DNA of 63,703 nucleotides, the filler included, from Raillietiella orientalis (lineage: Eukaryota), in assembly GCA_036172245.1 (NCBI GenBank). It is 4 parts of 4 records of this genome, joined end to end, with 100 filler letters (N's around TTAATTAATTAA, not from the genome) between each part and the next. Parts side by side here need not be neighbours in the genome. Positions count along the whole stretch, not along the records: positions 34,817 to 51,971 come from JAYWIR010000250.1; 3 more parts are not named here. The stretch is one strand, 5' to 3'. Both the position numbers and the translations under genes were made by a program. Below the pieces are notes generated by a model. It ran no database searches. It saw only the letters and a list, made by a program, of their open reading frames with translations, and was not told where the DNA came from. How positions within the stretch are numbered: position 1 is the first letter of the stretch; every line of letters begins with the position of its first letter. This document shows positions 37,801 through 51,603 of the stretch, piece after piece.

Positions 37801-39800
37801 CCGCACCATCCTTTTTCTTTTTCCCTGGTCGACCACACCGTTCACATTCCAGGAGGCGATGTTCAGCCTCCTGGCGGTCGATAGGGAAGAGGCCATAAAA
37901 GGGGAAGAGCTATTTCTTTGCCTTCCTGAGCTTCTTCTGTCTGAGAGGGCGTGCTCTTCCAGACAATGAAGAAGCAGCGGGCTTCTCGCTGCCGACGTCA
38001 CTCTCCGTTCCCGTTAGGTCGGTTACTTCCGCCTCCTCCGTCGAGTGTTCGGCCCGCGCGATCGGTTTTTGAGATAGCGTCTCTAGCTGGACCTTGGCGC
38101 AGAAGTTCGCCTTTACGTCGAGAAGCTGTTCCTCTAGCTTCTCGCGCTCGGTGACCTCCACAACCTGGTTGACCTTCTTCTGTGCATTGCAGATCTTCTG
38201 CAAGATTTTCTTTTACTGGAGACCGCTCTGCACCTCTATTACTTTATTGGCTAGTAATGGCAGCTCCTTTGTAGATTGCAGGGCCTCCTGCGACACCGAA
38301 AAGGCTCTAAATATTTCTTTTTCCGCGCCTTCGTGCACTACCTCCATCTTCTAGCGTTCTTGCTCTTCACCTTCCACGATAAGAGGGGTTTCTTGCTGCT
38401 TGACGAGCATCCTCCTCTTTCCTTTCTTCCCTACATGTATGAAGCCGTCTTCCGATACCGGGACGGCTTGTTTCACCTCCTTCGACCTTCCTGCCTTCTA
38501 GGGTTGTTGCGCCTCCTTGGTATTTCTTTCTCTCACGGGAGAGAGACCCCGAATCCTTTTGCAGTTTGCAAACTCTGGACAGCTCCATTTGGCATGTCCG
38601 TGTTTCTTGCAGAAGAAGCACACCTCCGGCTGCCGGCAGTTTCGGACTTGATGTCCTACTTTGCCGCAGCGGAAACAACGACACGTTGGGCAAGCGCCGG
38701 CCCTGTGGCCGAACTGCTTGCACCCGGTGCTGAATACCGGTTGTTGCCGGTAACGCACGTTCACTCCCTAAGATTGTTCGTCAAGAACGGCTAATCCAGG
38801 GATCACAGCTCCCTCTTTCAACTTCATTTTGGCGATCATGTCGCCAGAAAATATTTTTCCAGAGAAGTTCTGGAATTCAAGGTGCAGAACTTCCCCATAC
38901 TGTTCCAAAAAGTTCCACACTGTTTGTTGCGTTGTGAGGATGGAGATGCCGTTCAGAAAGATGGTTGCGTATGGCATCTCGCCAATAACACAAACCATCC
39001 TCCCTTGTATATTGATCCCTTCCTGGATCAATCGCTCTCTAATATTTTCACAGTCTGTGAAGACTTTGAACCCGTTATTTGCTGGTATGATCGCCTGTAT
39101 GCGATTAAAATTCATGTTCGTTTTATCGAGGGACAGATACACCTTTCTGATATTATTGAACTTGATCAGTCCAGTCTTGAAAATGATGGGCTTTATATTC
39201 GGCCCTAACTCCACGATCGGCCGATCCACCTTTTGGACTTTTCCGCTTAGCGGCTTCCTGAATTTTCTTAGGGGGGAACACTCGCTTGTCCAGCCGCCAC
39301 CGACGCATAGGAAAAGGGCTGAGCCGCCGCAGCCGCACACGATGGCGTCTCGGCTTGCACCTTGTGGACACCCGCGGGTCCTGCCTGGGACGCCGCCGCC
39401 GTGAGCGAAACCCTCGACGTCGCCACCGTTGCCGTCGCGGGCGGCACCCTCGGCATCGCCGCCGCAGGCGCCACCTTCCCTGCCGCGGGCACGATCCTCT
39501 GCGTCGCCGCCGCGGGCACGACCTCCGCCGTCGTCGCCGCGGGCACGACCCTTGGCATCGTCGCAGCCGGCGCAGCAAAGCCCACCGCAAGCGCGATCCT
39601 TGGCATGCCTACCACCGCCTCGCCGTTGCCGCACGTTACCTTCATGGCTTCCATGGGGGACGACGGTCTCTCCACTCCTCCTCCAGGTGCCTGCATCCTG
39701 GCAGCTGGTCTTGCTGCACGGGACGACTGCAGGTCTTCCGCCGTGATAACCTCGGCGCTTCTTTTGTTGTTTTGTCTGGAAACTTTCCCTCTCTGGGCAC
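34817..39800 (-). mobile_element. Tx1-like non-LTR retrotransposon family C, copy 1 (3' end lost in gap; decayed)
   Basis: ORF1 with Ala-rich repeats and three CCHC knuckles (CKQFGHRAGAC, CFRCGKVGHQVRNC, CFFCKKHGHAKWSC); ORF2 from ATG 37896 with APE (WNVNG, NVYGP, GDLN, SDH) and RT (DMEKAFD, VRQGDSLSP, YADD); several stops and frameshifts. Confidence 0.93.
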
Positions 39801-39829
39801 ACACGAGCACAATCAACAGATTTATCGTC

Positions 39830-42800
39830 GCCGACTCGGCAGGAGAGGAGCAATCTCTTGACTGTCGAGAAGGTGACTCCGTTGCCACCTTTTGAAGGCG
39901 TAGCGAAAGCAACGCCCCCTTGAACCCAGCAAAAATCCCGGAGGTTTTCGCAACTACTGTCGCGAAAGCCTCCGAAAATCGCGAAGGCGAATGGAAGATT
40001 GTGGAGACGAGGAAAGAAAAATCTCCAAAAAAAGATTCGCAACATTCATCCCTGAGCTTTCCCAAAGGAAAAAGCAGTCGCGCGAATACGAAAACACGCG
40101 CGGCTTGTGCCTCTACCCAGGAAAAAGCCAGCTTCTTCAACGCGTGCAAGTCCGCTTCTGTGACCTCCGAGAAGACCATTCCGGTGCAATCGGACGGATG
40201 CCAGCGCACGTCGATCGTGCGAGCATCAGACTCCGCAAAGGAGTCCGATAGGGCTGCTGAACGACGCGTTACTTGCGCGGGAGCGAGCGCCCGCAAAGCT
40301 GAAGCCCTGAGGCATGACACGCTCGCCGCGGAACGGCGAGTGCTCACCCCGGAACCCACAAATTCTGCACCCGGGGAGGAGCACTCAATTACGCGCAGCA
40401 CGGTGGAGGCCGGTGCCGACCGCACCCTCCAGCCCGTCGTGCTGCTTACTGCCCGCTCGCCGGATGAGGCGAGCACCACGGCCTCGCTTTTCCAGCCGTG
40501 ATGAGGGCAATCGCGTCTTCTGGTCATGTTGCCGTGACGTCTTGGAACGTCAACGATCTCCAACACGAGGATAAGAGGCGACTAGTGGCTCACGCTCTGC
40601 GCTCCTTTAACTTGACACTCCTGCAGGAGATTCACAGCATCTTCGAAGAGCAGGCTGCCGAAATCGAATGGCGCGCGGGCGGAACGCTACTTTATAGGTG
40701 CGACGTTGCACGTACGTGCGGCGTCGCTTTCCTCGTGCGAGGAACTTTGGCGGAATCGGTGCGCAGCGTTCGTGTCGACATGGAAGGCCGAGTGGGACAG
40801 CTTGTACTCAAGTGGTCCGACTCGATCGACCTTGTCGTAACCAACGTGTACGCGCCGAGTGGTGCTGAACGATGGACCGAAAGAATGGAGTTCCTCGGTA
40901 CTGTTCAGAGCCAATGGCTCACTCGTTCTCACCCTACTGTGAACCATCTCATTGCGGGGCAATTTAACGTCCACCTGCTTTCCGAGAATAGATCCCACAA
41001 AAGGGAAAAGTTGCTTGCGGAAGAGATGTGCGCGTCCGTGCACGCGTGCAACTTGTTCGCTAGCGACCCTGTTATGGCAGCAACGCCGGATCACGTATAC
41101 CTTAATGAACACTTGCTCTCTCGAGTGGGTCGGAGAGGACCCGTGCCGTACGTGCTTTCAGACCACAACAGGCTCGAGTTCGAGTTGCTCCCGCCAGGCA
41201 AGGGGCCTCCAAACTGTTTTTGGAGGATGCCGGCAGACTGGATAAGCCACTTGGAGGTGGCTGAGGATCTTCGTCAGTACCTTCTCGGCTTTGCCATAAG
41301 TGAGCTCGAGGAGTGGGACGATCTGAAAAGATCGGTCCACGAGTTCTGCTGCCGGTTTCCCTTGCACCAGCTTCCGCGCGGCTCCGGAGAGGGCGTAGCC
41401 AACAGCAGAGATTCTCTGCAGGCCCGCTCCTTTTCCAGGCGCGCGGACGTTGGTCGATTATCCGAGTACAAGGCCAAGGCCGAGCGCCAGGTCTGGCAGT
41501 CAGGGGCGACAGTTCTGCTCGACGACCAGGACCGGGAATGCTCGGCTCCAGCCGACGTGCGACGGATAGTCAGGCGCTATTACTCTTCTCTGTATGCAGA
41601 GGCACCGACGGAACGCAGCCTCTCCCGGCTGCTTCTGTCGATTGATGCATTTGTTGCAAACGAGGAGAAACGCGCGAGTCTCGATGAGCCCTTCACGGCA
41701 GAAAAAATTTCCTCGGCCATTTCGGGGCTCAAGAGACGAAAAGCGCCAGGCGAAGATGGGCTCTTCGCGGAATTCTTCCAGTGTTTTGCGGCGGAGCTCA
41801 TCCCCCTTATGCTCCATCTTTCGTCGCTGATGCGACACTGGGGCGATGTCCCCGCCTCGTTTCGCTCAGCGAAGGTGCGTCTACTGCCGAAAGGTGGAGA
41901 TTTGCGCCAACTGAACAACTGGCGTTTGATCACATTAGTGAATTCGGACATCAAGTTGTTTTTGAAACTTCGGGTGGCGCGGATGGGTAGGATCGCGGAA
42001 TCCTTGGTAAGTCTGGAGCAGACGTACGCTGTTCCTAAGCGGTCCATGGACGCGAATCTCTTGTTCATCCGCACATGGCTGCAATTGCAGCATCGTGTGG
42101 CGGTGGATCGTCGTGCGGAAGCGACGCCTTCGATCTCCCACCGACGGAGGCGCGGGACGCAAAGGGAGACACCGGGAGCCTTGGCGGTTGTAGTCGATCT
42201 GCACAAAGCTTTCGATTGCGTGAACCAAAAGCTTCTTCTTGAGCTTTTGGAACGTCTGGGTCTTCCGGCATCCCTGTTGGCGTACTTGCGCTCCTGCTGG
42301 CGCCACGCGATTACATCCGTTTTCAGTAATTGTCGCGTGTACGGCGTGCCGGTACGACGAGGAATTAGGCAGGGTGACAGCTTAAGCCCGCTGCTCTTCA
42401 GCATCTATTTTGAATTGGTGCTGGAGGCTTACAGGCTGACGCTAGCCAACCTGCCGAGCTCCTGTCCAGGTACGCCGGCCGTGGCAGCCTATGCCGACGA
42501 CCTGCTTCTCCTGTTGCCCATGTCCACTCCGGCGACATCGCTTGAAGACTTCTTTGAGTTGATTCGTCGCGGTGCGGGCGTGAGTGTTAACAGGAGTAAG
42601 TGTATGGTTGTTGCGGTGGGTGCGAAGTGGGAGGGGCAGTCCGACTGGATCGACCTGGGGATCCCCACGGGCAGGTACCTCAGGTACCTTGGCGTGCCGT
42701 TGGGCGACTTCTGCATCTCGGAAGCGTGGTCGGACTGCCTTCGGAAGGCAGAGCGTGCACTTGGCCCATTCTCAGGAGGCGAGTTCTTCTTGCCGGAACG

Positions 42801-44413
42801 GGCCTGCATCTGGAACACCTTCGTTGCCCCCCTCCTCCGCCCCCTGTTTTTTGTTTGTCCACCCACCAGGAAGTCAAAGTCTAAGCGCAGCGCCTTCTAC
42901 GCAAAGCGTTGTGGGGCGCCGCAAGATCCCGTGTTAGACTTAAAGACTTGGTGTCGCCGCGTCAGGATGCAGGCTTGGGCATCCTCGACTTAAACAGCAT
43001 CGAACTGCAGCTGCAGTTTCGCATGCTGCGGCTCTGTGCCAAGCTGTGGTGTACGCCGTGGTGCTTACCCGCACGCCTTATACTGAGGCGCTGCACGGGA
43101 AGCGAGGGACTGCTTTCGTTGCTACCCCACTTTCGGCACACCAGAATAGGGTTTGGCTTCCCGCTGAGGCAGCTGTCCTCACTGCTGGAAGCCCAAAGCT
43201 GGATCTCCTGCCGCCTTATGAACATTAATGCATGGCGGCACGAATCTTTTTCATCGTGGGCAGCTTCCGAAGGAACGCGCCCGTAAGATCTTCGACACTT
43301 GCGACTTCTCCTCAGTCATCAAATGGACGAAGTCATGCAGGACAAGAAGTTGTCGGATCGTCTGGCCGTCACACCACTCGCCGCAGCGCTGTCTGCCCTC
43401 AGGGCAAGCAACGACGGTTGCCTACCGGCGGAATGGGAGTTCTCCTGCAAAATAGCGAAAGTCAGTAAGCTCCTCGGCAGCTGGACGACAAAGGAGCTGG
43501 TGCAAGCCGCCACACCTCGGAATAGGGCGAAGGGCCTACTTCGGTGGAGCGAACATTCAAGTGTGCCCCCCGGAGAGATAGTGGTTCCCCCCGTTTGTTT
43601 GGACAGCTCCGTGTTCCCCCTTAAGTGGAAACAAGATGTGCTGCTCTTTTTACATTGTGCATTACACTGTGATAGGCAGCGAAGCATCGTTTCCGGGGGA
43701 GCTGCTTTGCCAAACTGTTTAAGGTGCGGAGAGATCGAGTCTTTTCCGCACCTTTTGCTAAACTGCGGTGAACTCCGGGAACTGTGGCGAAGGCTCACTT
43801 CGGCCATCGTGCCACAAGGAGGCACTGCCATTGATGTGCTGCGGCGCTTCTTCAGCAGAAATGGACTTTCGCTTGGCGCGTTTGTCGCAACCATGTGTTG
43901 CGTTCGCGCCATCGTGAAGGCCCGCTACGCCCTGGAGTTGTCAGCGCAGCGAAGGGAGGCTCACCTGCTTGCAGCTCAATTCGTGGTGAAGGCTTCAAGG
44001 TGGTCTCATCTTCGTGACAAGGTGAAAGACGACATCACCGGCATACATCGCCGGTTTACGGACCTTTGAGATCGGCGTAATCCGGTGACCCCTGCGACCT
44101 CTCGCCCACCCATACCCCGTCGTTGTTCGCTCGGTGAAATTTCCAGTGCCCATGCTTTTATCCCCGTGTCTTCCAGAATGATCCCAAAGAACCTTTTCCC
44201 GTCCTCCTTATTCAATGTTTTTATTTTATTTTGGTTTCTTTGTGTTCCCCGCCCCCCATATTGTTCGCAAAACTGTTACTCTAACCTGGGTGCCAGCAAT
44301 ATTCTCTTCATTCTTGTTCAGTCGTCGGTTGGGAGTTTGGTTCCCAACTGGTTTATTTTATATAATTGTTTTTTGTTTATGTTATATAGAATAAACGCCC
44401 CGGCGTGACCGGG
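39830..44413 (+). mobile_element. Tx1-like retrotransposon family D, copy 1 (ORF1 C-terminal part, ORF2, 3' UTR)
   Basis: Basic low-complexity ORF ending TGA 40501 overlapping the ORF2 ATG; APE-RT-CCHC ORF2; T-rich 3' UTR ending AATAAA + GC hairpin. Confidence 0.93.
40501..44069 (+). pseudogene. Family D ORF2 (APE endonuclease, reverse transcriptase, C-terminal CCHC)
   Basis: WNVN, LLQE, NVYAP, DHVY, SDH; KAPGEDG, LPKGGDL..NNWR, DLHKAFD, GIRQGDSLSP, YADD, YLGVP; CLRCGEIESFPHLLLNC; frameshift ~42865 and stop at 43284-43286. Confidence 0.93.
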
Positions 44414-44971
44414 TGAGAAATCTCTTGCGCTTGTTCTGCAGAGATCACGTGGATCTCCTGCAGCAGCACAAGGTCGAACGATCCTAGCAAGGCGGCCATG
44501 TCTTGTCTCCTGCCGGCGTCTATCATGCCGTTCACGTTCCAAACGGCGATGCGCAGACGACGGCGGGAGGAGATTCCCGGCATTACTGCCGGGAAGATGA
44601 CGGTGTGGGGGAACCCGCATCTTCCGAGGCGGGTGAGATGACCATTAGGGTTTCAGCCTCCTCAGGCACCTTGGGTACCTTTCCGCCTTCAACCCCCTCC
44701 ATCTCCTCCGTGTCTCTGCGTGGTGGTCTCTCGGGTGACGATTCGCGGGATTCTACCACGCTCATGGCACCCTCGCAGTCGGAAGTCATCTCCACGCCTT
44801 CGACCTAGAGAGGGGCTTTCCAAGGTTTGCTGGACTTCCTTCCAGCCTTCCGGCGGGGTGCCGCGGAGATGGAAACTTGGTTTCCGGCCTGCGCTTCGGG
44901 GTTGGAAGTTTCCGACTCCTCGGTGGAGGCCGGACGCCTCACTGCCTTTTTGCCAGCCTTGAAGGTTTACA
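44414..44971 (-). mobile_element. Tx1-like fragment H: ORF1 end and start of APE
   Basis: Acidic/Ser-rich ORF ending TAA overlapping the ATG of MPGISSRRRLRIAVWNVNGM..FDLVLLQEIH; truncated on both sides by 3' ends of other elements. Confidence 0.85.
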
Positions 44972-47900
44972 CCCGGGTACGCCCGGGGCGTTTATTTTTT
45001 AAAAACTCTACATCCGCGGTACAAGGCCCCGCTCACGGCCTTATGCACAGGACCTGCCAGGACGCCGGGACGCAGCCCAGCGTACCGTTCATCAGCAGCG
45101 AAGGGGGATGGGGATAAAACAAAAAGAAAAATTAAAAAATAAACAGACAAAAAGAAGATAGGGGGCAGGTAAGGGATCACTGCTCGCTGTAAGGAGGGCC
45201 CATCCGTTGAAGGAAGCCCTCGAGGTCCGTCCGTATGTTCCCCAGTTGGGGCCATCCGGCAGCTCTCCGCATGAAGCGTTGGGCGTCTGGGATGACATAC
45301 CTCGCGTGTGGACGAACTCCTTCGTAATTGGCGTCGCTCCATGCCGCCACGATGCCACGGACACAGCACAAGGCTGCGATGGCTGCGGCTGGCTGCAGTG
45401 CGTCCTTCACGAAGAGGGGCCGAAGAACGTCTCTGGGGGTGCTGCCCGTAGGGAGCCCGAGGGTCGCCCCGAACCGTTCCCAGAGAAGTCGGATGGCAGC
45501 ACAGTCCACAATAAGGTGATAGAGCGATTCCCGCTCTCCGCACCTGACACACTCAGGATCCACAGCTCCCCTTGTCCAGTGGAAGCGGCGTGCGTTACAG
45601 GGTAAACCCCAGTGCAGCAGTAGCAACGCCGACTCTTGTCACTTAAGGGGTAGGATCCTGGATTCCTTCACTACCGAAGGCCACTTCAGCACATCCGTAG
45701 GGATGGAGAGCAGCTCGCCCCATCTCATTAATCTACGCGGCTGGACGCTCGGGGTCGTGGCGTCCGCCAGTTCTCCTGTGGTCCAGCCGCTTAACATCTT
45801 CTCCCTGCCTGCGATCTGGCAGGTGACTTGCCACCTCGGCTTCTGGCGATCCTGAAGCGCCCAAAGGAGGTAGGGCATCGCCGTAGCAAGGGGGGTCGTC
45901 AACGCCAACCTGCGACTCCGGGGAAATTCCAGTATTTCTCGCAGGGTGCGGTTGGCGTATGGGCCGATTCGCAGGTAGTTCATATGGGTGTCACTCCTCC
46001 GATTCTGATTACCCCATGTGCCAGCAGACTCCTCCAACCAGGCGGAGGAGTTGGCGGGGCCACAAACCATCCAACTGTTCGTCTTCGCCAAGGTTGCTAT
46101 GCGTCCGAGCATAAGGCCGCATCTCCGGATCTTCCGGCCAGGGCACAGAAGAAACGACGCGAGTCCTTCGCATCGGGACACACGCCTGGCGAGGTGACAG
46201 GCCGGAACGCACCAAGGGGTGCTCCACATCTTCGCTGCGATGGCGAGGGTTCGCCACCGCAGCTAAATTTCCACGCGCTCCATCGTCAGGAGACCAAGGC
46301 CGCCGTCCCGACGCGGAGTGCACAAGTCCTTCAGAAGGACTCGGGGCCTCCCCTTCCCCCAAAGGACTATGCGAAGGAGGTCCTTCGTCCTCTTTTTAAC
46401 TACTCCTGGGGCGGGGCAAACAAAAAGCAAGGGGCGGAGGATGGGGGCCGCGAAGGCGTTCCAAACTGCGGCCCGTTCCGGCAAGTGAAACTTGCCTTCC
46501 AGGAACGGGCCGATCGCCGTCTCCACTTTTTGAAGACAGCTGGACCACGCTTCCGCAGGGGAGAAGTCCCCCAACGGCACACCAAGGTACTTGATGCACC
46601 TCGCCGTGGGGATCCCCAGACGGACCCAGTCCTGCTGCACTGCCCACGCCGCACCTACTGGCACCACCGACGACCTCGCCCTGTTGACCTGCAGTCCGGT
46701 CCCACGGCTGAGCAGATCGAAGAATTCTCCGACTGCCCTCGCCGGGGTGGACATTGGTAACATTAGCAGAAGGTCGTCGGCATAGGCTGCTGCGGCGGGC
46801 GTGCCGGGACACGAGCTCGGAAAGGAGGCCAAAGTCACCCTGTAGGCTCTCAGCACCAAATCAAAGTAGGTGCTGAAGAGCAGGGGACTCAGGCTATCTC
46901 CCTGCCTTATGCCCCGCCGCACCGGCACGCCATGCACCTGCTGACTACCTAAAGAGATGGAGATAATCGCATTCCTTCAGCATTAGCGCAGGTAGGTAAT
47001 CAAGGAGGGTGGGAAGCCCTTGCGACCCAGCAGCTCCAACAAAAGCCCCAGGTCAACACAGTCGAACGCCTTATGGAGATCGACTGCGAGCGCTAAGGCC
47101 CCCTTACCCGCCCGGGAGTCCATTCCCTGCCCTGCTGGCGGCCCCAAAGAAGGGTTGCCGATTTTTCCTTTCCCTTCCTTTTGACACCTCTGCGCGTGCA
47201 TCCATGTGCTCGCGAAGAAGAGGTTGGCATCCATACTTCGCCCGGGAACAGCATATGTCTGCTCCGGGCTAATCATGGATTCTGCCACCTGCCCCAGACG
47301 CGAAGCCCATAGCCCGGCAACCAACTTGGCGTCCGTATTCACAATCGTGATCGGACGCCAGTTGTTCAAATTCCTAAGGTCTCCCCCTTTCGGAAGGAGC
47401 CTCACTCTGGCTGACCGAAACGAGGCGGGAACATCGCCTTCGTCTCGGATCAGCCTTGTCAGCTGAAGCAGCAGGGGTGCCAGCTCTTCCGCGAAGCTCT
47501 GATAGAACTCCGCGGGCAAGCCGTCTTCCCCTGGAGCTATCCGCCTCTTGAACCTTTTGATACCGGCAAGAATTTCGCCGGTGGTAAAACGCTCATCGAG
47601 GCTTAACGACTCCTCCTCCCCTATTGCCGCGGCACCATCCGGAAGCAAGAGCCGAGAGGCATCTTGATCCGGGGGCGCCCTGGCGTAAAGGGAGGAATAA
47701 TGACTCCGCAAGAGATGCCGTACCGACGCCGGGGAAGAACATTCCCGGCCCTGGTCGTCCAGGAAGCTGGCCGACCCAGATTGCCAGGCCTGGCGTTCGG
47801 CCCCGGCGCGATACTCGGCCAGGCGACGAACATTAGGGGTTCGCTCGTACCTACGGGCCTGTAAATAGGCCCGATGGTTGCGAGCACCCTCGCCGGATCC

Positions 47901-47995
47901 GGAGAGCAGGCGGTCCAGGGGGAGCTGCTCGCAGAACTCCCGGACCGATTCCTTAAAAAGGTCCCAGTCTTGGAGATTCCAGAGCGTCGAGCGGA
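44972..47995 (-). mobile_element. Tx1-like family E, 5'-truncated (RT, C-terminus, 3' UTR)
   Basis: IAPGEDGLPAEFY, NNWRPITIVN, DLHKAFD, GIRQGDSLSP, YADD, CVRCGERESLYHLIVDC across ORFs 46983-47711, 46263-46937, 45639-46229 and 45177-45626. Confidence 0.92.
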
Positions 47996-50900
47996 CGTGT
48001 CTTTTCGTTGCTCCTGAGTTCCATTTCCGTTGGTGCTTGTGCGTGGTGTGGGTGGAGGATTAGGCAGAAATGCCTGATACCACCACCGGTGAGGATCTGG
48101 GGGCGATGACCTCATTGCCCCCGGAGCAGATGGAGGTGGGAGCTCCCGCATCAGTGGAGGCTCCCGCCAGCACGGATGCGCCCCCGGCTCTACCCAGGGA
48201 TTCGAACCCCGTGGCTGCGGCACCTACGCCAGCGGCTATGGCGAAAATGCGCGCTTACCTGGAGGAGGGGTATAACCCACACCTTCTATATAAGGTAGGC
48301 GGTCTATATTCTCCCGAGAACGCGCGCGCCTTCTCACAGGCGATGCGCGTTCTCGGGAGACTTGTTGGCCGGGGACACGGCCATGGAAAGCAGCATCGAT
48401 CACGTGTACCTTGATCAGCACCTATGCTCTCGGGTGGGAAGGCGCGGCAAGGTACCATCCGAGCTGTCGGACCATGGTCGGATCATGTTCGAAGTGCGTC
48501 CGCGCGACAAGGGTCCCCCCTCGTCAGCGTGGCGCCTGCCAGGGGACTGGCTGAAGTTTCCCGACGCGGCGGAGCACCTCCGCGCGTTTCTTCGGAGCTT
48601 CAAGATGCAGACACTTCAGGACTGGGACCGCTTTAAGCGGTCGGTCCAGGAGTTCTGCGACCAGTTCCCCCTGCATCGCCTACCTGCGGGATTTGGGGAG
48701 GGGACGCGTAACGAAAGGTGCTATCTTCAGGTCCGACGTTACGCGAGAACCCCCGACATGCGCAGGTTAGCAGAGTATCGAGCTGGGGCCGAGAGGCAAG
48801 CCTGCCAATCCGGGTCGGCCAGCTTGCTGGACGACCAGGGCCGGGAGCACTCCGTTCACGCTCAGAAACGCGGGATAGTGAGGAAATTTTACTCCTCCCT
48901 GTACGCCAGGGAGCCTCCGGAGCGAGACGTCTCACGAATTCTGCTTCCGGAAGGTGCTCCAGCGATCGGGGAGGAGGAGAAAAGAAGCCTCGACGAGCCT
49001 TTCACGATGGACGAGTTCCTCTCTTCCATCGGAAAGCTCAAGAGGCGGAAGGCTACAGGGGAGGACGGCCTTCCCGCGGAGTTTTACCAAACTTTCGCGG
49101 CTGAGCTTACCCCCTGGTACAGCAACTCACCTTGCTGATCCGCAAAACAGTTGACGTTCCCACCTCGTTTCGTGCAGCAAAGGTGCGGCTCCTCCCTAAG
49201 GGAGGAGACCTTAGGAGCATGAACAACTGGCGTCCCATCACAATAGTGAATGCGGACGCCAAGTTGCTAGCCAAGCTGTGGGCAGAGCGCCTGGGACGGG
49301 TCGCCAACATCTTCATCAGCTCGGAACAGACATATGCTGTTCCCGGGCGAAGTATGGAGGCAAACCTGTTCCACGCTTTTACATGGTTAGAGCTCCAACA
49401 AGGAAGGAGCATAATAAGCAACCGGAATTCCGGTGCGTCCGTCGGTGGGGGACGGGATGGTCGGGAGGGGAGAGGAGCCCTCGCGGTCGCAGTCGATTTG
49501 CCTAAAGCATTCGATTGCGTCGACCAGAATCTCTTGCTGGAGCTTCTGGAACGCTTGGGCTTCCCGGCCTCTTTGCTGGCCTACCTGCGCTCCAGCTGGC
49601 GCGACGCGCTCATTAATGTTCTTTTCAGCGGGCAAACCGTGCACGGCGTACCGGTGCGACGCGGCATACGGCAGGGAGACAGCCTCAGCCCCTTGCTCTT
49701 CAGCGCCTATTTCGAATTGGTGCTGAGAGCGTACAGGGAGACTCTGGCGCACCTGCCGTGCGATTGTCCCGATACGCCTGCGGTTTCGGCGTACGCTGAC
49801 GACCTACTGCTGCTGCTGCCTATGTCCACCCCGGCTGCGGCGGCCGAGGAGTTCTTCGACCTGCTGAGTCGGGGAACAGGTCTGACGGTGAACAGGGCGA
49901 AGTCGACCGTAATGACAGTCGGAGCGGCGTGGGCAGGGCAGCAGGAATGGGTCCGTTTGGGGATCCCCACGGTGAGGTACTTCAAGTACCTTGGTGTGCC
50001 GTTGGGGGATTACTCCCCTGCGGAAGCGTGGTCGGGCTGCCTTCAGAAGGCTCAGGCGGCGATCGGCCCGTTCCAGGACGGCAGGTTCTACCTGCAGGAA
50101 CGGGCCGCGGCGTGGAACGCGTTTGCGGCCCCCCTCCTTCGCCCCTTGCTTTTTGTTTGACCCCCCTCAGTTGAGTCAAAGAAGAGGACAAAGGATCTCC
50201 TGAGGATCGCCCTTTGGGGCAGAGGGAGGCCCCGAGTCCCTGTTTCGGACTTGTGCGCTTCTCGTCGGGATGGTGGTCTGGGCCTCTTGACGTTGGAGCG
50301 GCTGGAGCTACAGTTCCAGTTCCGAGTTGTTGCCTTTATGGCAGAAAATTGGTGCACCCTTTGGTGCCTCCCTGCACGTCTCCTCGTCGAGCGGGCCACC
50401 GGCAATGCGGGACTCTTGTCCTACTTTGCACTTCGAAGCTCCATCTGCCACTGCGGACTTCAACTTCGGAGGGCGGCCAAGCTCGTGAAGAACAACTCGG
50501 CGCGGATCCTCGTACGCCCCGCGAACGGTCCTGCCTGGTTGCAGGAAACCGTCCGCACGTGGGCGATGATTCAGGAGCAGAGCCCGCAACACGAGCGAAT
50601 AGCTCTGTTCGGGCCGCATGCCCGCCGCACGCTCCGAGAAATCATCGAGAATCCCCGAAGGAGAGCGTGGGCACAAAGAACCTCCCTTGCTGCGGTACTG
50701 CCTAGCCTACGGGAACATCTGGGCAGCGACGTCGCGGCACAATAAGAGGTTACTGTCAAGATCGCCAGCAGGGCAAAGAAGATCGGGATCGGGGACTGGA
50801 GAACGGGTCAGCTCACCAACGCTGCGACCCCGAGGACCACCCTAAAAGGACTCTTGCGCTGGGGAGAGCTACTGGATGTTCCAGAGGAACATCTCGAGTG

Positions 50901-51603
50901 GCCCCCGGTGCTCATGGACTCGCGCACCCTCCCCATGAAGTGGCAACCGTCGGCACTGCTGGGGTTGCATTATGGGCTTCCTTGCAACGCCCGCCGACAC
51001 CACTGGACGCGGGGGGGTGTCAACCCTAATTGTGTCAGGTGCGGGGAGAGGGAATACCTCCCCCACCTGTTAGTGGATTGTGTTGCCCTCCGTCCCTTGT
51101 GGGAACGCTTTGCCGCAGCCCTGGGGATCCCCGGAGGCAATTCCAGAGACGCTTTGCGCCCCCTCTTTGTCCGTGACGCCCTGCCTCCAGCGGCCTCGCT
51201 TGCAGCCCTGTGCTGCCTACGCGGGATCGTCGTGGCATGGAGCAAAGCGACGGGAGGATCCAGCGACAGGGATGCTAACGTGTATGCCCCCCGTTTCATC
51301 AGGATGGCGACGCGATGGCTTCATCTGGAACCACACAAGCAGAAACAGCTTGCCGGCATCCTCCAGAGGATGACGGACCCTCCCAGCAGACTGTGATCCC
51401 TTCCCGCTCCCTCCCTGATTTTTGTTTATTCTTTGTTTTCTTTTTGTTTCGTTCCCCCTCCCCTCTGCTGCCGAGGTCGACCGCGCTGGTCTGCGCACCG
51501 GTAGCCCGGCAGGCTATATCTTTCCAGGGCGTGGCTGGACTACTGTTCCAGTCACAGATTCTATAGGTTTATTCGTGAGAATAAACGTCCCGGCGCACCC
51601 GGG
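47996..51603 (+). mobile_element. Tx1-like family G, internally deleted (putative ORF1 start fused to the APE C-half; RT; 3' UTR)
   Basis: Ala/Pro-rich start at 48070 runs into APE (SIDHVYL, LSDH); RT at 49132-50160 (YADD); CVRCGEREYLPHLLVDC; frameshift ~49115, stops at 50160 and 50745. Confidence 0.9.
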